Positions 1 through 9,576 of a stretch of 64,000 nt of DNA are shown here, piece by piece. The stretch comes from Moniliella sp. 'wahieum' (Eukaryota): positions 248,001-312,000 of the forward strand of contig RSEE01000011.1 of the NCBI GenBank assembly GCA_003971905.1. Reading direction: 5' to 3'. The position numbers were made by a program, and so were the translations under genes. The notes below the pieces were generated by a model, which saw nothing but the letters and a program-made list of their open reading frames with translations, did not search any database and was not told the origin of the DNA. Numbering within the stretch: the first letter of the stretch is position 1; every line of letters begins with the position of its first letter.

Positions 1-493
1 AAGCGGGTTTCCTCCTCCGACTTGTCCCCATAAGCATCGACGACTAGCATGGCAGCGCGCCATGCCTCGAGGCTGTTTACCTCGATGGCTGCCAGGCGAG
101 CTTGCCAGGCTGAGGACGGATCGATCCAGGGCTGGAGCAAGGATGGGCCTCGTCCTTGATCACGCTTCCTTGCAATGGCAAAGAGCTCAAGGTCGTTAAC
201 GACATCGTCGGATCGAGGCAATTCACGAGGGGGGCGTCGCCGACAAGCATGGGGTGAGAGGGGCTCATGAGGTCAGATGGAAGGGAGGACAACTTGGGGC
301 GAACACAGATTGAACACTGGCAGCCATCTCGTCATGATCATGCAATGAGGCATCGCTTTGCCCCGGTCGATGGGCCACGTCGCTCGGCCAATGCCAGCCC
401 AATTTCAACTGTTCATTTCACACGCGTGTCAATTAGCAACTACAGATGCAGCTGATGCCGATGGCAATCAATCACTGTCCATGTTCCTGCCGT

Positions 494-562
494 CATCTCC
501 ATTCTGCATCCATATCATTGACAGAGCTTAAGGCTGGGGCAAGGGGAACGCTACGTCTAAAC
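494..562 (+). repeat. Dispersed ~70-bp repeat (inverted copy at ~40935-41006, partial copy at ~10637-10658)
   Basis: CATCTCCATTCTGCATCCATATCATTGACAGAGCTTAAGGCTGGGGCAAGGGGAACGCTACGTCTAAAC aligns by eye with the reverse complement of ~40935-41006. Confidence 0.85.
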
Positions 563-670
563 CGATCCGTTCATCTTGCGGGGGTGCTTGGAAGCGCCTC
601 CAAGATTAAGGAACCAGGGGGATCGCCAGGATATCAGGACCCTCTGGTTCTCGCCATCCGGTCCCGTACC

Positions 671-1400
671 CTATAGCAAGCGCGTGTGGATACGGATGAA
701 CGTGGTAGACATCCGAGCGAGGAACCATTTCCATTGAGACTCAGTAGCCAAATCCTTCCAATGCGCAAATAGTATCTTCCCCGCTGTCTTGGTGCCGTAG
801 TATCCTCGCGTCGTCAAAACCAGGGGAAAAACGGCTCTTGAGTGCGTCCTTGGTACTTGGCGTTCTGTCGCATTCTGCTTGTTCCAGCAGCCGAAGCACT
901 GGCTCCTTCTCCCGGCGTTCCAAATGCGTCGCAGTGCTCTCATGTACCACTCTCCGGTACGCGCTCTACGCCTCCAGAGATCCCGTGTCGCGCAGCGCGT
1001 GGTTTACCTCCATTCCGGATCCTCCGATTGCTCCAGGCCCCATTACGCGGTAATCAGGGCGCTGTCCCCTCCGTCCGCGCCTCGTCCCGTCCTCATCCTC
1101 CACAGTAGGTTCGTTTATGGATGCGGGTGTCAGGGATGGAGCGCACGAGCTGGAGATGGGCTCCCGCCCTGCCTCGTGCAAACGCACTAAACTTGGCCTG
1201 GGAGCGGATGCAAAGCCACGATGTGCTCCAACGAGGACATAACGCCGCCCCTGCATATGCTGCGCGTGGAACGGCACAGCGTGCAAGCTGGAGACCAACC
1301 TGAACCTGCTGTCATAGCTTGGGGCACGGGGAGGACGAATGGCGTAGAGCCAATTGTGGCTCAGCGGGTTGCTGTGCTCAACCACAGGCGACCATCGGCA
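671..1400 (-). mobile_element. Degenerate 3' fragment of an RLE-type (CRE/Cnl1/MoTeR-like) non-LTR retrotransposon, copy A
   Basis: Minus-strand frames give WLYAI..., C..MSSLEHIVA (zinc-knuckle remnant), RLHE, EPTVE...RPDYRV...EV (PD-(D/E)xK-like), FPLVLTTRG and W..L...WKWFLARMSTTFIRIHTRLL* (stop at 671). Multiple frameshifts; no RT domain visible. Confidence 0.7.
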
Positions 1401-1420
1401 CGTCCCTGGAGCACTCTGTC

Positions 1421-1498
1421 GACTGGGAGCGGTGTGGCTACGGTGGCGACGCAGCACCAAGTGGGGCGAAGCCCAGACGGCCCGGTGGTCTCCTCGTT
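1421..1498. repeat. Short dispersed repeat shared with 25447-25552
   Basis: GACTGGG..GGCTA.GGTGGCGACG block plus an identical 20-mer GGCCCGGTGGTCTCCTCGTT at both loci. Confidence 0.75.
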
Positions 1499-2164
1499 AA
1501 CTATTACATATTGGTCACCTGACCGGCCACACAACCTACTGCCACATCTCGTCCAAATGCCTCAGTCCCGGAGTAATCGAAGAAGAGAGGCTTGGATGTG
1601 GATATCCACTGCCACTACCGCACCCAGCACATGCTGTCTTAGGAAGCAACGCCCTTCCCGTTTACACAAAGAAGTGACAGCGACGGAGAGTAATTTGGAC
1701 ACATTATTTGACCACACTTCTCATTTGCGGCAAAAGCGTATAATACCACAGTGTTATACGTGTGCACATGTGTTGGATATCTCGCATTATCGAGATCGAT
1801 AGCGCGATTGTTGTTGAAAGAGGCACAATGAGCTTTTGTGGGTGAAGGAGATAGAGAGAAGAGATATACAGAGACAGACTGGAATAGCTATGACACTTCA
1901 TTATGGGCCCAGAAGTAAGAGTCCCTCCTACGTCGGGAGCGAGCCCGTCCAGCGGGAGCATGGCACTGCATATCACGGCCCACACTGCTGCACTCAACGG
2001 TAACGGATACACGTACTGTATAACACCGTACTACGATTATATAGGGCAACAACACCCCATAAGTATAAGACACACGAACATATATGGAAGACACACACCC
2101 CTCTTCTCAGCATCCTCCCCACAGCTCAACCGCCTTGATCCACTTCTCTTCTTCCCAACACCTC

Positions 2165-2320
2165 ATGAAATTCTTCACTGCGTTTTCGGTCGCCGTCGTT
2201 CTAGCCTCCATGGCGAACGCTGCACCCGCACCTGGCCCTAGCCCGGCCCCGTTCCCTGCCCCAGCTCCTGCTGCGAACTTGCCTTTCACTTCCTGCGAAA
2301 TTCCTCGGTGCGGACTGTAA
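2165..2320 (+). CDS. Small secreted protein / prepropeptide (51 aa as read)
   Basis: MKFFTAFSVAVVLASMANA signal peptide, then AP-AP-GP-SP-AP-FP-AP-AP-AA, then NLPFTSCEIPRCGL*. TATA-like TATAAG at ~2064 and a CT-rich leader. The C-terminus could be longer if indels or an intron are present. Confidence 0.7.
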   Translation: MKFFTAFSVAVVLASMANAAPAPGPSPAPFPAPAPAANLPFTSCEIPRCGL

Positions 2321-2932
2321 ATGTTTTCTGTTTTCATCAAGGAGACGTTCCTCTGCAACTATCGTCACAAGTCCGGCAGGGCGAACGTTTCGGATGCCCT
2401 CAAGCTCCACTGTACCCCATGACCTTCTCCTGATCCCTGCGTTGGTTCCACAAGCTTGACCGACTTGCAGGCGTGGTCGTGAGATGTATCCCCTTCGGTT
2501 CTGGCCGTTTATTGCGTGTCAATATGCTATCTCCTTATAAGTGGCAGTGGGATGCGGCCGACTAGTTCGATTGATGAACACAAGTGCTTTTGCTCCTTCA
2601 ATTCTGTCTCTCTCTCTTCGCTATCCCCATTTCCCTTCTTCTCCCCTTTGTCTTTCAAGCCACTAGGCTTCTTAAACTCTTTCCCACTGCAAACGACTTT
2701 TCATTATTCATATCGTCATACACTATAGCGAAAGACGTCCCATTTCCGATAGAACACCTATACGCTTATACTTGGCTCGTTCGCCAAAAATCAGTCGCCT
2801 GCCGACTTGTGCTGCTATTTGCGCTGGAACCAAAACCTCATCAAGAGTCCAATTCAGTCACCAGGAGGTCAGGCCTCACCACCCTCTTTTTCTCCTGTCA
2901 TTCGCTTCCAGACAGGATACAGCGGGAGGGGA

Positions 2933-3195
2933 TAGAATGGGCGCGATGGACATAATATGTGTGAGGCATGAACTATGTCCAATGAGATGAACACCCAGCG
3001 AGATTGTTCCAGTACTCAAACATATGCCTTCTTCGTCGTCTTGGTGGCACAGTACCGGCGTGTCTCGTCATGACCACGGGGAGGAACGACTGTTGAATGC
3101 GTTGTTATCTGGTGTTAGCGTTTTTTGGTCTGGTTCCGCTTGCTCCGATGCAGTTATGGTCCCTTTGGGATTCCATTATAGATGTTGTTGCCTTC
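2933..3195 (-). mobile_element. Degenerate RLE retrotransposon 3' fragment, copy B
   Basis: 2933-3100 aligns by eye with 672-850 (e.g. TCCAATGAGA/TCCATTGAGA, GTCTTGGTG, TTGAATGCGT/TTGAGTGCGT). The upper boundary is approximate. Confidence 0.55.
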
Positions 3196-3198
3196 AAC

Positions 3199-3760
3199 TC
3201 AACCGTTAATTGTTTCCAATACCCATTTACTCTCCATCCTGGGGGCATAGAATCCTTGCGTCGTCACAACGTAAGGGAAGAAAGGTTCTTGAGTGCGTCC
3301 CTTGTACTGGGCGATCAATTCTTGACGCATTTCAACAGTCGAAGCAGCTTCTTCTCCCAGCGCTCTTAAGGGTGTGGGTGCTCTCGTGTACCGCCCCACG
3401 GTACGCAGACATCACCTCCCGTATCCCCGAGCACCGTAACGTGTCACCCACTTTCATTCCTGCTCCTCCGAATCCTCCAGGTCCCATCACTCAGTATAGT
3501 CAGTACACACATCGTCTCTTTCCCCCACGCCTCGTCCCTCTCTTCCTGTACCGTCGGCTCATAGAAACGGGTGTTGGGGGTGGAGCGCACGAGCTGAAGA
3601 ATGGGATCCCACGTCGCCTCATGCAATACCCCAAACTTGGGACTGGGTGCAGGTGTGGGTACAGGCCACAATGTGCTCAAGCGAGGACATGTCACCAACA
3701 AACAGCGAGGTCTTTGTAAGTTCTGCCTTAGATGAGCAACGCCGCCAGCGCTGCCAGGAC
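3199..3760 (-). mobile_element. Degenerate RLE retrotransposon fragment, copy C
   Basis: 3287-3700 is collinear with 836-1245 at the DNA level. It encodes MSSLEHIVAC, LHEA, EPTVQEE and YKGRTQEPFFPYVVTTQG in broken frames. Confidence 0.7.
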
Positions 3761-3792
3761 GCTACGCTACATGCATGATAAATCAGGACAGT

Positions 3793-3852
3793 GGAACGGT
3801 GGAAGAGGGAACGGTGGACGAAGGAACGGTGGGCGGGGGGACGGTGGAACGG
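3793..3852 (+). repeat. 15-bp-period tandem repeat, 4 units (GGAACGGTGG + 5 variable nt)
   Basis: GGAACGGTGGAAGAG / GGAACGGTGGACGAA / GGAACGGTGGGCGGG / GGGACGGTGGAACGG. Confidence 0.85.
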
Positions 3853-4724
3853 AGGCCACCCAAGCTGGGCCATAGACCAGGTGGCCCTCGAAGTCAAGAA
3901 TGCATTAAGCTTCACGCGCACGCAACTTTCAAGATTACGTTGACACATAGCACGTGACGCGTGACGTTCGCTCGGTCGCTTGAGGTTTTTTTCAACTGAA
4001 CGTTCAACCGTTGAAGGTTCCGGTCACAAGTTTCAAGCTCTTCAAGTTCCGTGGGTCGTCGGAACGGATGCGCTGAAGGCGGAAACGTATGAGTAAGACA
4101 CCGGACCGGAATACGTTTTCCGTGGATGCTTGGGCTCTCAACAAAAGACGGGCCCACCTCTGCTATCTCCGCCAGCGCGCGGACCACAGGCCTTCCCACG
4201 ACGAATATCGCGGATCGGTACAGAAAATGTGACAAAGGTGGCTTTGAAAAGAACCAGTGGGCGGCAAAAGGCCACTCACATCGCCATGAATATTGCAATC
4301 ACATCCTCTTCAGCAACCCACGCCACAGTAGCTATGGTTTGAAACGTTGAATCAACAGTATTAGTTACTAGTCACTAGTCTAGTCAGCAGGATTAAATTT
4401 TAAACAGTCTGGCTACACGGACGTTAGCTTATACCCGGATGTCTCGCGAACGGCCGCCGCCGCGCCGGTTTGCCAGCCCGTCCAAGACGTTGAACTGTAA
4501 AGTTGGTGTCGATAGTGTGAGTGCGTGGAGTGCGTGGCGTCCGTGGTGGCCCGCGCGGGCTCAAGTGCGGATGCAGCTCCGTGGAGGCTTCGGGCCAGGT
4601 CGTGGCCGTATAAAAAGCCACTTCCTCACCACGCAGTCTCCCTTACTATCCAGCACCACCAGCTACCGTCGCAGCAGCAACACCACCGCTTTCGTCTGTC
4701 CTCGCTGCACGCTTCTCTCTCGCC

Positions 4725-5402
4725 ATGTCGACTTCCAGCTTCATCCAGGCCATCACTGCCCGCCGTAGCATCTACGCTCTCGGCAACAAGTCGCCCCTCT
4801 CGAACGAGGCCCTTGTCAAGTACGCTATTTCTTTTTGGTCTTCTAACTGCGTAGCACCATCGCTTACTTTTCCCCTACTCCCACCCTCAGGCTCATCCAG
4901 GAGTCCATCCGCCAGAGCCCGAGCTCGTTCAACAGCCAGTCGTCGCGCGCCATCATCCTCCTTGACGATGCCCACAAGAAGTTTTGGCTTGAGCAGATCA
5001 AGGAGTACGGCAACAAAGACGTGGTCACCTACATGTCTGCACGCCTGCCCCTCTTTGCTGCCGGCAAGGGTACCGTCCTCTTCTTTGAGGATGAGGCCAC
5101 GATCAAGGGCATGCAGGAGCGCAATGCCGCTTTTGCCCCGGCCTTCCCATCCTTCTCGACCCAATCGTCGGGCATGGCCCAGATCAACACATGGACCGCT
5201 CTCGCGACCGAGAAGCTCGGCGGAAACCTGCAGCACATTGGCGCTATTTCCGGGGACCGTATGTCGAGGGCCGAGCAAGGGCATTGAACTTCCCGCTACG
5301 TGGAAGCCCCTGGCTGAGTTGGTCTTTGGCTCGATTGAGAGCCCCGCTGGGGAGAAGACGTTCATCGAGGACGCTGAACGCTTCCGCGTCATCGGCGCCT
5401 AA
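4725..5402 (+). CDS. Nitroreductase family protein (Frm2/Hbn1-like)
   Basis: RRSIYAL, SPSSFNSQSSRA, GTVLFFED, GNLQH, LPATWK..AELVFG. Intron 4820-4890 (GTACGC...CAG); one frameshift near 5270; TATAAAAAG at ~4609. Confidence 0.9.
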   Translation: MSTSSFIQAITARRSIYALGNKSPLSNEALVKYAISFWSSNCVAPSLTFPLLPPSGSSRSPSARARARSTASRRAPSSSLTMPTRSFGLSRSRSTATKTWSPTCLHACPSLLPARVPSSSLRMRPRSRACRSAMPLLPRPSHPSRPNRRAWPRSTHGPLSRPRSSAETCSTLALFPGTVCRGPSKGIELPATWKPLAELVFGSIESPAGEKTFIEDAERFRVIGA

Positions 5403-7366
5403 CGACATCTCATGCAAAATACACCTGGTCGTCAATAATAACAGTATACCTTTGTGGTTGTCTCTTTGCGGAGTGAGTTGGTGATGCATTTGGAGTATCC
5501 AAGTCACTAGTTACTGGATAGAGGGTGGGCTAGGGGTTTATGACCAATGCAGCCTCTTGTATCACTCCGGTTAGTCCGCTCGTTCTTGCACTAGTATTCG
5601 AGCACGTGTGTTTGTCAGGGTAGGTTGTTACATAGAACGATGTTCGTGGCATACTACTACCTCAGATGGCCCAAATGTGTAGGAGCGGACCTTGACCAAG
5701 ACGATCATACCAGCTGCACCAGCCTTCTGCGGGGTAAGACAAAAAGGGGGATATGGTGAATCTAATATGGCCCTGTATGGGCAACTGGCAAACACTTCTC
5801 TGATACCGGCTCTTTCGTCTGGGAACGTTTGAGTAGAGAAGACACAAGAGCAGTATGGTAAGGAGTTAATGACACGTGCACCTGCTGGGACGTGGGGGTG
5901 ATAGCTTGCCTAGGCTGGTGGCATGGCGAAGGTGCACTAGGCCAGTTCATGCCATATGCCGCGCTGCGCACGGCGCGCTCGCCTTTCCTGTCCTCCTTCT
6001 CTGCAGTTGGTGCCCTTCTGTCTCTTCACACCACCGCTCCACTCTTCGCTTCACCTCACTCGTAACCTGTAACTTCGTTCCCGCTCCCCGTGACCGACCG
6101 ACTGACCCCCTCTCCTGTAGACTGCTCTTCGGAACGGCACAACTCAGGCTTCGCCACGTGCCCTAGTAACTAGTAACAAGTAGCTGTTCGGCGAAGGGAA
6201 GAAAGGCTCTACCTCTTCCTTTGAAGCATATGAAGTTTGTAGGAAAATGAACGCTCGTATGCAAAACACCCGGGACTTGGTACCGAGAGAGGGTATGTAG
6301 AGCCCGCTACTGGGGAGAAGTATACTATTTGTGTGGGGCAGGAAAGCTTCAATATGCCGCCTCGATTAATTCGCACCCCCTGTACCCAGAATTCGCAACG
6401 GCGGGCATCGACGCTAGCGCATGCTTGGCATTGCCAAAAACAACCGAGTTTGGGAGGGCATCGGGCGCCGGGTATATTGGTGGTAGCATGCAGCATGGCA
6501 ACAGGTGTAACATAGAGTGTAGCGCGTATAGCATAGACGCGTGGATCTGCACAAGCTCTGTTGAATGAGTCGGAGCCACAGTCAGACTAGTCCTAGTCAC
6601 AACCTGTCACAGCCGTGAGAAGCCAACCCTAAAACATGTGCCGGGACTGTGGGGAGTCAGAATTAGGAAGCCGTGCTTCACTCACCTGCCGGACAGTGAC
6701 CCCGTGCTTGGCGAGGCTACGCAACTACGCATCGTCAGCGGAGTCTACGCCTTGCCCACGCCAAGCACAGGGGCAGCGACCGAAAACGCTCTGCGCGGTT
6801 TCTTCAAGCGCCAAGCGCCAAGCGTCAAGCTTCGCCCTGCTTGCTGCCTAGGGACGCTTGGGAAGCCACGCCACAGTGGACGCACTGGAGAGCCTGTCCC
6901 CACGTCTGCCCCCGTGCACGGTGCATCATCGAGAAGATGCCGATGAGTCCGCACACGTCCCTGAGCGCCTTCTGAACCCTGCTGAACGTTGAACCCCCCT
7001 CTGCCCTGTTGGGCAGAGGGCACGTAGGAACTGCGCCGCGAGGGTGTATTGTATGAAAGGAGCCACCCGCATGAGTACTGTGACGACGTTTGGCTGATGC
7101 CGCGGGGGGGAGGGGTGAGGCCACTGAAGGGAAACTCTTTGACAGCGGCGCGTCCACAGAGGGCCGAGGGCGAGACTAGTGTGGTAGGCGGGGCGCACTG
7201 GCCGCAGTCTGTGCCTGAAGCACCTGACGCAACACCCGAATATGCACCAAACATTAGAGCTCCCCCGTCTTTCTTCCTATACGTCCACAGATCAAGAGGG
7301 AGGGGCAAGGGTGCCAAGGAAGGGCACGCCCAAAATGCCAGTTATATATAAACTGCTTCTCATCCG

Positions 7367-8023
7367 ATGGCCGTACCAATACCCACACCATACCTGCCAC
7401 AAAGTTCCAGCACTCCCATCAGCCTCTTCTTCCTCATCCTCTTCCTCTCTGCACCATGCTCAGTACTCAACAGTGCCCCTGCCACCTCGACCACTTCGTG
7501 CTCCAGTAGCCGTTTTACCAAAGCCCTTCGCTCTGCCTTTGCGCCGTCGAGCCTCGCGCCATCTTGCCACTCCCACTCGGACCTGGACCTAACTCGGACT
7601 CAAACCGACACAACATTGGTCGGCTACGTTTCCAAAGAAAAGGACGAAGATGAGGAGACGTTGTCAAACTCGGTCCCCATCCTCCCTTCTCAAGCAGTCT
7701 GGCGATTCGGCGCGGAATTTGATCCTTACCTTCCCCGGGCCCAATCTCCCAGGGTCCCCTCGGCTGCTTCTTCGTTCCCCGTCTCTCCTACTCGAACCGG
7801 GGCATGGCGGTTCGGGGGACAGTGGGATCCCTTGCGTCCAGATGAGCGGGAAAACGCAGCGAGTCGGGCTCGCCGCACGCTGTCGCCTGCGCCACGGCAA
7901 GCCAAGACGAACCCCAACAAGCCCACCTCATCCCGTCTCGACTCTACTGCATTCGGTCGAACTCTGGACCCCCACCGGCCCTCGCTCAAGGAACACGCTC
8001 GGCTGGATGCAATGCGGTCGTGA
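7367..8023 (+). CDS. Hypothetical protein with duplicated WRFG-xxx-DP motif
   Basis: 218-aa ORF just downstream of TATATATAAA (~7343). Contains AVWRFGAEFDPYL and AWRFGGQWDPL. Start codon uncertain. Confidence 0.4.
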   Translation: MAVPIPTPYLPQSSSTPISLFFLILFLSAPCSVLNSAPATSTTSCSSSRFTKALRSAFAPSSLAPSCHSHSDLDLTRTQTDTTLVGYVSKEKDEDEETLSNSVPILPSQAVWRFGAEFDPYLPRAQSPRVPSAASSFPVSPTRTGAWRFGGQWDPLRPDERENAASRARRTLSPAPRQAKTNPNKPTSSRLDSTAFGRTLDPHRPSLKEHARLDAMRS

Positions 8024-8187
8024 ATACCAACGTGATGATGACGTGAAATTGTGAATCGAGTTCGATAATGCTATGCTATATCTTCTGGTCCGCTTTTGCT
8101 GTTGTCGTGGATTGGCAGGAAAGGTATATATGTTGACCTCCCACAGTAACAGGAGGATGAAAACGAGAGACAAAAGACTGTTCGACG

Positions 8188-9576
8188 CTAGAGCGGTTGG
8201 ACAGAGCCGCTGCTGCCAGAGCGGGGGCGTGGCTCGGGTTCGAGCCTAGATCGTGGTGGGTAGAAGGAGGTACGGAGTCCGGTGGTATGGGAGGGGGAGG
8301 CAGTGCGAGACAAAGAAGGGTGGTGCTTCACCGACTGATGGGAGGGGGGAGGGAGGAAGTGCTGTCTTGACCAATTGCGCCTCTTCGTCCAGCTCAACGA
8401 TCCCGCGCTGGACTCAGGCCATACCCGCGGTCTCGGTGCTGAGGGGGCCCCAGCCAAACAGACGGTCCACCCCGCGCGTCGTGGCCTCCTCAAACATGAG
8501 CCCGGTCCAGGGGGCGAAGCCAAGAGTGGGCAAAGATAGAGAAAAAGAGGATCGCCATCCCGGCGCCGGCAACAGGTCGACAGCAAAATGGTGATGGAAG
8601 TACATGGTGGACCAGCACATGAATGCAAAAAGACGACCATGAACGCAGTCCCCATCGGCCCGCCATACCGGGCCACAAGAGGGCAAACAAGCCGCTGTCG
8701 CCGGTGGAGGGAAGGGATCGCTCCAAACACAACAGGGCCACGGCGAAAGCCATCCGAGTAGAGGTGGGTGCCCAGCACCTCGTCCACCCGAACCAGGCCG
8801 GCTGCGTTACCGGGAAAAGAGTAGTTGGGCACAGTGCCCGCTGGGTAACGTCATGGAACCAGGGTGCAGCATGCGGGTTGAGGATATGAAGAAGCAGTCC
8901 GGACAGGTTCTGGAGGCCAAGGCACCAGCCAAACGCGTTGGCTGCCCCAGGCGAGCCAAAGAACGCAGATCACCACACCTGCCAGAAAGGGCGAGGCAAG
9001 TGGAGCACGCCGTAGAAGATCCATGCGACCACGTCTTGCACGGGCGAAGGGTCGAGGCCAATGGCCAAATCGTTGAGGATGCGCAGAACGGGGGGGAACA
9101 TGATGAGCGCAGTGGGGTAGAATACGGCCTCATGGGGCTTGCGGAGGTGGTAGCGCAGCCAAACGAGCAGTGCCAGCGGTGCCATTAGGACCATGGAGAG
9201 AACACTCCGAGTGGGGAGAGGAGAAAGGTCTCGAGAATAGGCAGAACAGTGGTGTGGATATCGGGGCGGATCTCATCTGGGATGCGGCGAGCTTGCTTGA
9301 AGGCGGTCGTCCAGACTAGGGGGGGAGCCATTCCAAAGAGCAGCCACCAAGCCAGCGGAGGGGGTGCTTGCCATTGAGGAGCACGCTGGTGCAATGCCGC
9401 ACGAGCCGGCGCAAGGGCGGGACGCATGTGCTGAGCAGGAGGATGGTGGCAAGGACAGATACGATGGGCAAGACAATCCTGCTCCAGATGGGCAGGTTGA
9501 CGGCGGCAATGCGCTCGAGCACCGCGCTGCGGTGAGTGGCGCGCACATGGGCGAGGATCTCATGGGGAGAAGACAT
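8188..9576 (-). CDS. Aur1/Ipt1-family inositol phosphorylceramide synthase / inositolphosphotransferase
   Basis: Multi-TM protein with PGNAAGLVRVDEVLGTHLYSDGF..GPVVFGAIPSLH and WSTMYFHHHFAVDLL (PAP2-type catalytic motifs). Several frameshifts; 3' end approximate. Confidence 0.85.

Noticed and set aside
84..329. 12-bp inverted repeat GATGGCTGCCAG / CTGGCAGCCATC as MITE ends
   Set aside because: Too short, no extension and no target-site duplication seen.
1478..1502. CTCCTCGT resembling the L3 loop of an HDV-like ribozyme next to a non-LTR element
   Set aside because: Flanks cannot form the P3 helix in either copy, and the motif is on the strand opposite to the retroelement.
2165..2320. Basidiomycete lipopeptide mating pheromone
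   Set aside because: Has a signal peptide and ends CGL*, which is not a CAAX box.
3793..3852. CRISPR-like repeat-spacer array
   Set aside because: 10-nt repeat with 5-nt spacers in eukaryotic DNA, and no cas genes.
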